This document shows, piece by piece, positions 12,740 to 23,815 of a DNA stretch of 32,929 nucleotides. The stretch comes from Peribolospora baueri (taxonomy: Eukaryota), in assembly GCA_029717555.1 (NCBI GenBank), contig JAMDHS010000137.1, forward strand, positions 1 to 32,929, in the 5' to 3' direction. A model generated the notes under the pieces. That model worked only from the letters and a program-made list of their open reading frames with translations. It made no database searches and was not told the DNA's origin. Numbering within the stretch: the first letter of the stretch is position 1; each line of letters begins with the position of its first letter. Both the position numbers and the translations under genes were made by a program.

Positions 12740-14389
12740 CTTCTTTGACAGCCGGACATGAAACCTATCGAGCTCGACCAAGTGCACAAAGTGGTCGCAG
12801 CGATGCGGAACGCTCTGTCGAACCGCAACATTCTGTCCAAGCTCGTCAAGCGCATGACGCTAACAGTGTCTGTCGAGGCCCTTCAACGTTTCGTCCAGAT
12901 GCACGGTTTCGGGTTGATGAATATTGTGCTCGAAGAGTATATGGAAGATAAGGAGGTCGTGCTCATGGTGAGCGGCTTCCATCGAGATCGCGTCCTTTCC
13001 TTTCTCTTCGGTCTGACTGACACTTGTGTTGCTCTCGAAACAGGCCATGTCGAGTATGATCGATTGGCCGCTCATGTACAGAAACAAGGTCTTGTCGTCC
13101 AAGATCGAGCAGCCGGTTGGCAAGCTGGCAGAGTCGTCTGACGTAGAGGTTAGCGCCAAGGCCAAAGAGCTTCTCGTCCGCTGGGCCGCGCTGGAGATGG
13201 GCTACCGGATAGCACGACGCCAAGTGGGGGAGGGCCCGGAGTACGAAGAGGAGAAGACCGAAAAGCGCTCGTACGAGCTCGAAGACGATGCATTTGGCGC
13301 CAAGCGACAGCGATTGGACACGGACGATACCGCGGGCAATGCATCCCCCTCCTACCTCCCGAAGCCGGCTGGGGACCATTTACCGGCTCCAATTGGTAAT
13401 CGTCCATTTTTCCGTGCAAATGGCCACGGTCACGACTGGGATCAAGGGCGAGGCACGTCGCTCGCCTCGGACCGGGAGACTGCTGCGGCCGCGGCGGCCG
13501 TCAACACCAAAGTCGGTACGACCGTCGATCGGCGCAAGCTGCAGGAAATCATTGCGCAGGCGACGGCGGAGGAGGCACGAAGGAGGGAGATGGAGCTGGA
13601 GAAGGAGCGAGCTGCTGCAGAAGAAGAGCAGCGGAGAAAGCTGGCCAAGGAGAAGGAAAGGGAGCGAAGAAAGAGGGAGAAAGAGAAGGGCAGCTCGGGC
13701 AAGGGCAAGGAGAAGGAGCGAGACAGCGGCTCTAAATCCGGTGGTAGTAGCGGCTCGAAGAGGAAAGAGAAGGATTACGACAACGTCGAGGCGCGGGATC
13801 AGAGGCTCAAAAAGCTCATGGGCCCGGTGGTTGTCCGCATCATGAGCAAATACAAGGAGCACTTCGACCACGACACCTTCAAAAAGCGCGCCCGGGAGGT
13901 GGGTTCCAGGTCTCTTCTTTCATGTTGCGTTCGTTTTTTCCTCATATCTGACCCACTGCCTCTTCTCGGTTGGGCCATTTTCTCTCCGGTCGACAGCTGA
14001 CCGACATCCTTATAGGAAAGGAGAAAAAGTCGCCTCACTACGCTACGGTGAAGCTGGATGAGCTTTCCAAAGACAAGGAGAACAAAATCAAGTCGTTTGC
14101 CAAGCCGTGGATCGAAAAGCTGGTGGCGAAAAAGCTTCAAAAAGGTCGTCCTTCATCTTCGTCCTCTGCCGTTGCCTCCGTCGGCAGTAATCAATCGCAG
14201 CAACAACGGGGCGCTGAGGATGAGGATGAGGACGAGGATGAGGATGACGAACCAGATGACGCTTCTGAGGATGAGGACGAACTTGTTGCTGCAGACCGTG
14301 ATGAAGCCGAGGCGGCAGGTGGTGGGGACTCTCCGGCCCACGGGTACGGGCAGCCTCCGATCGATGAGGACGGGAAAACGGAGCAATAG
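10642..14389 (+). CDS. SET2: Histone H3K36 methyltransferase Set2 (AWS-SET-postSET, C-terminal SRI-like domain), multi-exon
   Basis: [13 protein letters not shown]...[63 protein letters not shown] and [14 protein letters not shown]. Post-[13 protein letters not shown]. An SRI-like C-terminus ([28 protein letters not shown]...KIKSFAK) is followed by an acidic tail. Introns splice GT-AG in frame. Confidence 0.95.
12699..12739. repeat. poly(T) homopolymer (41 nt) inside a SET2 intron
   Basis: Uninterrupted T run just upstream of the ...ctttgacag acceptor. Confidence 0.95.
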
Positions 14390-14655
14390 CTGCGACCGGA
14401 TCGTTTGTCCAGCCTGATCAAAGTCGGCGGCTTTCCTCGATGTCCTTAGTTATCGACCGGAGCCATTCACGCTCGACCGGCCAACATGGGTGGTCCGAAA
14501 TAGGACTACAGACAGATACTTCATTCCAGCGTTTCCGCGATCCACACACCTGTCCCCAGTCGAAGTGATCTCGGGAAAGCAAGGCAGGCTAATCTGAGCG
14601 ACCACTGTCAGGAGGACGAAGGGGCGGCCGAGGACAAGCCCCAGCTGGGATGGTA

Positions 14656-15848
14656 TCACAATTTCGACCGCCTTTGTTCGCCAGCTCGCCTTCGCATCGT
14701 CTCGAGGTCGTACTCGGTGGTGCACATAAGGACAGTGTCGCGAAGCGCCTATGCAGTTGGTTTGGTTCATCCAGTGTGGAAAGCAGGCCAAGTCAAGCGT
14801 CAATAGCCCACGCGCAGTACGAAACAAGAAGGGCAATGCCGTCGGACGCGAACACGCTCGTCTCTCACCTTCAACCGATACTGCCGATTGGCGCGCTGGT
14901 ATTCGTCGTCGGCGGCCATATCACAAAAGTGAGCGATGGTGGGATAATGCACGTAACTCAGCTCGTTCCACCACGTCTCGGCAGGTCGAGAAGCCGGCCC
15001 GCGACTGTCGCTCGACGACCTTGGCGATGCATGGCGGCCCGTGGAGGGTGCGACGACGTTGCCGACCAGTTTCGCATTGCCGCCACGTCTGCTGGCTATG
15101 CTTGCGAAGGCCTGGTCACAAATGGAAATGAGGACGATTGGTTGGTGGGGCAGAAAACAGAAGTGAATCGGGAAGAAGCGCAACGCATTTGTTATGCATG
15201 ACCGGGAGGAGAGATGTCAAGAAGGCCATAAGAGGCTCTGAGATAGATGTTCCATCAGTGTAGAAAACTCACCTGCCCATATTGGTAATAGCTGTCCTTG
15301 GCCTCTTTGCCGGGCCAGAAGTGGAGCAAGTTGAGCATCGACACGGGGCCGTCATGACCTTCATGGTCGGTCAACCAGTCCTTGAACCGAAGAAGGTCGG
15401 GGGCCACCTCCAGGTTCTGCATGCTCGTCGTCGCCTCAAGGCCTCGTCCATTCGATGGAGCAGGGGACATGGGAGAAACGTCACAGATCAAAGCCGGCCT
15501 GGGACGACGATTCAAGTCCTTGGACCTAGCCTCGTAGGTGTCATAAATCCGAGAGGGCACGCCGCCCGTCACAGCGTACTCCGCCTGGACCTGACATCTG
15601 ACCTCCGTTGGTAGCCTCTCCAGCCCTTCTCCTAGTCCCTCAGCGCCGGGACCAAGGATGATGACAAGGTCCCATCTGTTGGACGAGAGAAAGGTGGAGT
15701 CGAGCGTGGTGGCGCGGATGATGGAGCCCCGCACGTGCGCAGCCGCCTTCAGAGATGGGCCCAAGGGGGAGGCGAGGAGAGAGAGGAGGAAGTCATCTGG
15801 AGAAAGGCCTGGTCGGAGAGAAAGGAGGTGGACGGTACAGAGAGGCAT
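14656..15848 (-). CDS. Uncharacterised fungal protein, ~303 aa, C-terminal DUF1330-like alpha/beta domain, ends in PTS1 (SKL); 3 exons
   Basis: Exons 15848-15273, 15111-14869 and 14748-14656, total 912 nt in frame. Segments GPVSMLNLLHF, Y.QYGQAF, RRGGNAKLVGNV, WNELSYVHYPTIAHFCDM and ALRDTVL resemble DUF1330-type proteins; this domain call is from recall. The C-terminus is ...EQRRSKL*. Confidence 0.75.
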
Positions 15849-16221
15849 TGCAAGCGAGTGGTGGTGGTAGGACCCAACTGCGTATGTAATACAAGTGGAA
15901 CTGGCTAGCCTTGGGCGAGGGAGGTTCAAGATGCTGCTTCCCCATCGTCCGGCTTACGCCGCGGTCAATTTGCGCCCGCACCCCGACGGCCGACGTCGGT
16001 TGGCACTTGGCAGCTCGATCCCAGTTCCAACCCGTTCAATTCCGTCCAAGCTGCGCTCACAGTACGAGTAAATACTTCAAGCGAAAGAGCGTCCGACCAC
16101 GGGACAAGACGAAGAAACGAGGGGTAGGTAGGGTAGCGTGGACTAAGTAAGTGCTTCTTCTACAGGACGCCCAGTTTCTCTCGAGCCCGTGCCTGCCGTT
16201 CGCTGGCTGAATGAAGCCTGC

Positions 16222-19215
16222 TCAGCCCATGTAAGCGAGACGCTCGCTCAAGGTGATCTCCTTGATGTGGAGGTTTCCGATAGCGCCGTCGACGCCGACA
16301 TCCTCCTCTCCGATCTCCGCGGCCGTCAAGTCCGACTTTTTGTGCTCATACTTGCCTAGCCGGCTCAGCTCGCTCCCAGACGTCTTGTAGCTGTGCAGAG
16401 GAGCGCCGCCCGCAAGACCGGTCCGACCGGATTCGAGATCGACCTTCTTCTCGGAAACCTTGTCCTCGTCGTCTTCATCCTCGTACGCCTCCTCGTCCGC
16501 CCACGCCGCCGGTACGGCGCCGATCTTGGTAACGGTCTCGAAGATGACGAGTATGGTTAGGATGCCAGCGTGAGAGGCGAGGATGGAAAGCGAAGGCATC
16601 TCCGGGATCAGGGGCAACAGGAGGAAGATCACCGCCACGAGGAGGCGAGCCCCGAGGCGGGCGCTGCGCGGCAGGAGCGCCGAGCGAGGGGCGTCCAAGT
16701 TCCTGTGCAAGAAGCCTATGGCGGTCATGCAGAGCAGGCAGATGGTGATGGCGCCGCTGAAGAACCTGCAAAGGACAAGGAAAGCCGCAGCGACCGAGGC
16801 GGTCGTCAGAGATTGGGTCGAGCTGGGGGCCATAAGGCGATCGCGACGTACCATCGGAAGCCTTTCTCGACACTTTCGTCCTCGATCATTTGGTGGACGG
16901 CGGCCGACAAGAGCACGTAAGACGCGCAGAGGGGCCAGTGGAGGTGCGACCACGTCACATTGGTCACTGCGAGGGAGGGTCCAACGAGCCATTAGCTTCG
17001 TCAGAGCTCACGATATGCGATGAAAAAAGTCGGTCCAATCCCACCCCGGCACTCACGCCAGTTTCTCCTGAGAGCATGCGTGAACACCCTGCTCGCGTCG
17101 GCATCAAAGTACAGCCAGATGAGGGCAAAGGCGATGCAAACGGCCATGGTCGCCCGGCCAAATTGATTCGAGAGACCAGTCTGGCCATGCTTTATAGCGT
17201 CGTACGTCGAGTTCATGATCGTCTGAAAAGGAGAGACGGGAGCGGAAGCGCCGATTGAGATGGGTGGGAAGAAACGCGTGCATGATAATGCCGTACGAGG
17301 AGACGCACCTCGCCCATGACAAGAATGACAAACGCGGCGAGACGCTCGATGAGGTGGCCAATGTTGATTGCTGGACAGGAACACCGTGGAAGTATGTCCG
17401 TACATTCAGTCCGTCGGCCAGCTTCGGCCAGCTTTAGCGCTATGCGTCGATGACGACAGGCCACACATTCCATGCGGAGCAGATCAAGGACTCACCGGGG
17501 ACGTGTAGTGAGCCGCCCAATCCACGGCCGCGCTTGTGGAAGTGGATGGTCAAGGCTCCAGCCAAATACTTGGAGGCCAACTCCCACAGGACGGCCAAGG
17601 CGGCCATTGCGAAGGCAGCAGTCGAGTCCTGGACGAAGCAGAGCGGAAAGAAGAAGATGGCCGGGACGAGCGTCGCGATCGCTTGCGACCACTGGGCGGT
17701 CCGAAAGCGGGCGAGATACCAACCGCTGGAGGATGGTGAAGAAAGACGAGTCGCGTAAGTGTGGCGATCTTCCTCGCGCTCCGGAGCCAGCGAGACGAAC
17801 GCACTAGTAAAGGTAGATCAGCACCCGCGTCATCTTTGCGACGAGGAAGAACAATACCGCTGCTTTGAGGGCGGGGTGGAAGTTGGATTCGAGCTTGAAA
17901 TGCAGGCTGCCGTCGTCCTTGATGGTTGGCACGATCTCGATGGCGCTTGCATTGGAGGAGTAGCCGACGAGGAGGAGCATGTTGAGCAGGATGTAAAGCC
18001 TCTGTGGCACGTCGTCCGTGCCGCTGACATTGATGAAGTTGCGCACATCTTGCCAAACGCTCCACTACGAGAGAATGAACGCGGGGTTGGGTCAGACACG
18101 AAGATGGACGGAGACGAGCAGAACAAGGCGCTCGCGGCTTAATCACGGCGAATCGGAGCGGCGCCGGACGCATAAGCACGACTCACCGAAGGGAAGAATG
18201 TGATGCAGAACTTCACGATTGACAGAGCGGTGGGGTCATGCTGGGCGATGCCGTCCGCGAGCTGGTGGACGATACCGACGAAGGCGAGGTCGAAGAAGAG
18301 CTCGAAGCGGGACGGCTCACGCTCGCCTTCCTCTGTAGAGGAGGGATGGGTGGTCGGTAGACGGAGAGCGGGAATATGGTGCTCGTGATGAGCGAACGAA
18401 GCCACGGTATCGACTCTCTGAACAGCCATCCACTACGAAGGGGACCCGATTTTCCTCCTCGCATTTGTCCGGATGACGCCAGAGCGGGCACCACAGCAGA
18501 GCCACAAAATAGGCGTCCAAGAAGATGCGACGCGCCGTCGCTCTAAACCTCCCAACTCGCCCTATCGCATTCGAATCGATCCGCCATCGAACTCACCTCT
18601 ATAGAGCTTGCCTTCGTGGATCCACTGCCTGACGACGGGCCTCTTGAACAAATGCTTCCAGCTGAGAGGGCGACGGGTAGCGCAGAGATATGGCTCCTTC
18701 ATCCCCACCCCAGCCTCGACGTCCATGCCATCCTTGCCTCCGCCCTCGCCGCCATCGTCGCCTCCACCACCGCCCTTCAACCCCATCTTATTCAGGGCGC
18801 CCTTGACGACTTTGGAAGGAACATTATGGAGCCCACGGTCGAAGGTCCTGCTGCGAGTATGGGCCAGCTCAAAGTGATCCGGATCCTCCCTTCCACCCTC
18901 AGATTCGAGTGGGTTCACGGCCGTTGTCACTGAGGAGGGTCGGGGTTGGGGTTCCGGACCGGTGGAGGCATCAGTGGCTTGCACCGCAGGGTGTTGCGTG
19001 CGCTGGGAGGTTCGAGGCCGGATAGGGAATGGTTTCATATACTCGATGCTGTCGTCGGAAAGGTCGCCGGGGTCGCGGCGGTACGTAGGAGAATGGGGGG
19101 GCGAAGGGATAGAAGGACGGTGGTCATCTTCATCGTCCGAAAAGTGAGACCTTGGGGACCTTGGCGGCCGAGCGCCGTTAAGCTCGAACCGGGGTCGTGC
19201 GGGGGGCGAAGCCAT
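16222..19215 (-). CDS. LtrA (low temperature requirement A) family multi-pass membrane protein, multi-exon
   Basis: LtrA hallmarks: EREPSRFELFFDLAFVGIVHQLA, TDDVPQRL, HLIERLAAFVILVMGE, LIWLYFD and SHLHWPL. There are many hydrophobic segments and long hydrophilic N- and C-tails. Introns splice GT-AG in frame. Start placed at ATG 19215; an upstream in-frame ATG exists at 19446. Confidence 0.85.
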
Positions 19216-20069
19216 CGCTGGAGAGGTCCAATGGAAAAGGAGGAAGGGAAGAAAATAAATCAGGAGGTGCGCGTCCAGCACGCGTGGTACCTCTTCAGAG
19301 AGAAAAACAGGAACAAACGAGAAGAGGTAAGTAAGGTCGAAGGGGAGGAAGGAGGGCTCCGGGGGAAGAGGAGGAGCACCTCTGCGACGGCCTGCGTCTT
19401 TTAAGGCGGTGTGGAACACGGATACTGACGGTGAGCATGCAGCCATTCATGGGTGCTGGTGCCTGAAGTTGCGAAACGCTAGCCCGTCCGCAAACACGGC
19501 AACAATCGTGAGATTACCTGAGTCCTAGCACTTCCTGTCGAACGACCATCTTTGGAAGCGGAACGGCGGCGTCCTTCGCCAGCCAAGTCCACTTGAGAGA
19601 GCGAAAACCATATCTTCTCCTCCCTGCGTCACACCGCGGACAAGTTCGCCGGGCCTGTGAACGAGTTTAGACGCGGTCCCTCCCTCCGTGACCGGTGGGC
19701 TGAACAAGAAGAGCGTCCGTCGTGTGGGAGGGAAAGAGGCGAGGGCGAAAAGCCATCGACGTCCGTCGGAGAGAATTCCGTGGGTGGTGCTGCGGTAGGC
19801 GCCGGCTGAGCGGCCTTCGGCGTTGGGCGCAGCGAAGGAAGCGCCCAACGATGATCAGCTTCCAGAAGGAGTCGACGTCAGGTCACACTTGGTTGGGCCC
19901 CAAGTCACATACATGTACGAAAATACACTGCCTAGAGTGCCAAATAAGACCTCTCTCGTCGCTCTCTCACGAGCACCATCGCGCGACCAGATTTATTACT
20001 ATTCTATTCTTTAAGCCTCCTTGACGCGCCACCGTCCTTCAGTGATTTCTTCTACATCCACAGCCGAGT

Positions 20070-21944
20070 TCAGTGCAACACCTCCATCTGGGTGATGGGC
20101 CCGATCTTAGACTCGGGGTAGTCGCCCCCTGTCAAGAGGGAGGTCGCGCACGCGGACGGTGGTTAGCCGGCGTCCGTTCCGACGAGAGAGGCTCCGCACA
20201 TCGAGAAAGCCATCGGGGAAGAAGAACTTACAAAAGTCAACGACATGACGGCGCACGCGGTGGTGGTTCCTGCCGGGCTGGACCTGCCCGATGATGCCTT
20301 CCGTGCGCGTCTCCACCCGCTGAGGAACGAGCATCGGCCTCCCGACAAAGCACTCCAGACCCATGAGCGCGAACCCGAGTGCCTCCTTGGCGCCCGCAGG
20401 GACCTTGACCGGCGAATCGTCCAGCAGTCCGAACTTGGTCTGGGGCATCTCCTGCTTGAGGTAGTTGACAATGTTGGGGTTGTACGACCCTCCGCCGCCC
20501 ATCCACACTTCGTCAATGCCTCCTGGCGGGGAGTAGCGCTTGTAGTGCTCCACCAGGGATTGGGCGGTGATGCGCGTGATCGTTGCGACTGCGTCTCTGG
20601 GCGTGCCTCCGTCTGGGAGGGTGAAGACGGCGACGAGATGAGGCGACAGGGGACGAGACCAATCAGCCATCAGCGTAAGGAGGGGAGGATCGCTAACGCC
20701 TCAGTTCGAAAAGAGCGCTCACTCTTGACGATCCTATCACAGATCTCCTCGGCGAAAGTGTCCACGAACGTCTCACGGCCGGTGGTCTTGGGGATGTCAT
20801 GGACGAAGTAAGGACCCTTGAGCACTTCATCCACGATCTCCTGGTTCACCTTGCCCTTGGCTCCCCACAGACCGTCGCGGTCGTACTCCATCTCCCCCTT
20901 GGTGAAGTACCTCATGGACGCGTCGATGAAGACGTTGCCCGGACCAGTGTCGAAGTCGTAGCACGCGCGCACGTCGCCGGCAGGCAGGACGGAGAAATTG
21001 GCAATGCCGCCAATGTTCTGCACCGCACGGGTGAGCGTGGGGTGGGAGAGAAGGAGAGAGTCGAGCGCGGCGAAGAGCGGGCAGCCTTGGCGGCCTAAGG
21101 CCATGTCGCCCACTCGGAATTGAGACATGGAGGTGATGCCCGTCTTGGCCGACTGCACCGCGATCTCGGCCATGTCCAAGTGTGCGCGGTTCTGGTCACC
21201 TTCAAAGAGCTCCGGAAGGGGGAGATGCCAAATGGTCTGACCTGCAGGAGGGGGACAAATATGTTCGGCCAAAACGATGACGTCCTTCTTCGCTCTGAAT
21301 CGGTATTTCTTCTCCAAACTTCCTTCCGCAGCTCACCCTGTCCAGCGATGAGGTCCACGTCTTTCTCCAAGTCAAAGCCCTCCTCCTTGGCAAACTGGAT
21401 CACCGCGTCCGCGCTGTTCTCGCCTAGTTCCATGTTCACGATGGCGATCTCCTCCGGAGACGTCTTGTTCTCTCGAATCAGACGGAGCACGCGCTCTGTG
21501 GGTAAGAGAGGAAGGGGAAACGGCAAGGCCATGGTTTACAGATCGACGACCAAAGGGAATCAGCATGGGCGATCACGGGGACGCCAGTGAGCTCGGCGTC
21601 GAAACGTAGTTGCCGATGACGACGGCGGCACTCACTCTTGAGCGGCTGTGGCATCTTGACTTCTCCGTGGTGAAGCACTTTCATCTTGAGCGGCGCTTCC
21701 GGATGAGCCTGAGTGAAGTGGACATGAATGATATCGACGCCGTCCATCGACGTACCTGTCGTTTCGGCACGCAAAGCGGACAGAAGAACCACAGGGGATC
21801 CCTCAGCGTCGAGACCTCGCCTCTGCTGCCAACGTCCGTCTAGGCTGGAAAGCGTGTCGACTCACCGCTGTTGAGACCAATGACCTTGAGGTCTAGCGGC
21901 TTGCCGCCCCACGGGTGAGCATGCGAAGCGTTGGTAGAGGCCAT
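20070..21944 (-). CDS. 1,6-anhydrosugar kinase (levoglucosan kinase / AnmK family), ~438 aa, 6 exons
   Basis: Exons 21944-21866, 21755-21636, 21495-21337, 21241-20723, 20612-20232 and 20128-20070, total 1317 nt in frame. Motifs: [64 protein letters not shown] and AKEA. Confidence 0.92.
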
Positions 21945-22352
21945 GTTGGAGTAGAAAAGTGTTGGCAGAGGTGGTCGGACGACAGGTCTTGGTACAGACG
22001 ACGATTGGACTGGGATGAACGGTCAGACGTCGGCGAGGGGCCTTAGATGCTCTCGGCGCGAGCGCCCGACTTCTACGGCTTTACATTCCATCCTCCTTCT
22101 CCACCCCGTGGTTCGGCACGGCCATCGGTGCGAAGGGACGCCGGCGCTGGACGCAGATGGAGTTCGGTCGTCGACCCGCAATTTGGCCGACCTCCGAGCC
22201 TCGTCCCCAGCAAAGGGGCCCCAACCGGAGAGCGCGACCGAGCTTCCGATCAAAGTAGGGTTATCCTCCAGATCTTCCGAGCCGACGCGTCGATCACTCG
22301 CGCTCGCCTGCTTGCCCTCGCTACTCCATCCGCCTTCCTCGCACTTGTTCGA

Positions 22353-23467
22353 ATGGCGGACCGGGGCAAGAAGACTATATACATAGGTACGTCTCCTTTT
22401 TCTGTCGTTTGCCGTTTGGTCGGACCACGTTCCAGTTGACTGAGCCTCCGACGAACGCCTGCAATCTTCCTTCTCCGATCACGTCCACCACGGACGTTAC
22501 CCGTCCCTTATCCAGGCGGGATAGGGGAAGAGGTGGACGAGTCAGTGCTGTACGCCACCTTCTCCACCTTTGGAGATGTAGTGGATCTTCAGATTCCCAA
22601 AGACGGAGCGAATAGTGAGTGTGTTGCGGGGCTCATATTGTTTGTGTCGTTGCATGAACGGTGATAGGCTTGGTCGAAATGATGGGGGCGACGTTCTCCA
22701 TAAAGCTGATTCCCGAGCACATGTATTTCTCCCCTGCCGCTTTTGCTCAACAACTTTATGTGGCCTTCTCATCCTCTGCTTCTACTGCTTTTCTTCGTCG
22801 CACCCACGTCGGCCTTCCAACCCGTCCATTAACACTTCAAAGAACCCCGCGGCTTCGCCTTCGTCCAATTCGATCAAGCCGAGGACGCCCGAGCTGCAAT
22901 CGACAACATGCACCTGAACGAGCTCGGAAACGGGAGGGTCATCAAGGTGAATTTGGCAAAGCCCTTCAAGGTAAGTCGAGTTGGACGGTGCGGTGGACCG
23001 CGCAGGGACTCTTTTTGCCTCGCATTCTATAGTAGACCGGTGATGATTCACATCTGGCTCCGCTTGCTGACCTCGCCTCCTACCGTCATCCTACCCTCTG
23101 TCCGTTTTCAACGTATTCCTCCTTCCCTTTTCGCCTGAACCTCATCCCGCGGTGCTCGGCACTTTACACAGGGCGGCGCAGGATCGGGAAATCGACCGAT
23201 ATGGCAAGATGAAGAATGGATCAAAGTGAGTTCAGGCCGTCCCGCTCTCCACTTCCGCACGAGCGACCATTCCCCGTGTCGCAAATTTTCTTATAGAGTC
23301 GTTGGGTTTGATTGGCTCATCGACTCTTTTCTTCTCGCTCTTTCTTTTCTCGCTTCTGACGAACGCCTGATCAGCAATACGCAAAGCCGCTGGGTCAGGA
23401 GCAGGAGTCAGAAGCGGCAGAAGCGGCAGTAGCAGCGGCAGAAGGCGATGAGAATGCGGCAGAGTAA
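22353..23467 (+). CDS. Single-RRM protein homologous to the N-terminal half of cyclophilin E (Cyp33/PPIE), no PPIase domain, ~135 aa, 5 exons
   Basis: Exons 22353-22386, 22516-22614, 22843-22970, 23172-23225 and 23375-23467, total 408 nt. RNP2 IYIGGI and RNP1 RGFAFVQF are present, followed by [17 protein letters not shown] and [11 protein letters not shown], a pattern matching human PPIE RPVWSDDDWLKK as recalled. Confidence 0.85.
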
Positions 23468-23815
23468 TTAGCAGTCTCGGACTGATTGTGTTCGTGTCTG
23501 CGAGCTTCTGTACGAGTATTTCCGGTCAAAACGACTTTTTTTTTGCTTTATCAAGGCTTTTTTTTTTTCCCTTGCGTCACCTTGGGCGCAGTTTCCTGGC
23601 CTGGCTCGCGTTCGAAGGCGAATAGCATCCACGTTGGAACGAGGAGAAGATGGTACGTGACGTGCTGATGAGAAAGTCGGGGACGTGAAAAGGTGGGAGG
23701 TACAAGTACATGGACGGACGGACGACCCTCTGGGAACCGAGTCGCTTCAATCGGTCGCTGCATAGCACGAGGACCGAGCGCAAGATGAAGTGACCTTCGA
23801 GCGGTCAGTCTTGCC

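Noticed and set aside
23040..23138. Possible intronic C/D-box snoRNA (GTGATGA ... CTGA ... CTGA) in an intron of the RRM gene
   Set aside because: No terminal stem and no rRNA-complementary guide that I could recognise. The CTGAC and pyrimidine-rich tract are explained as normal intron signals. A snoRNA covariance search would settle it.
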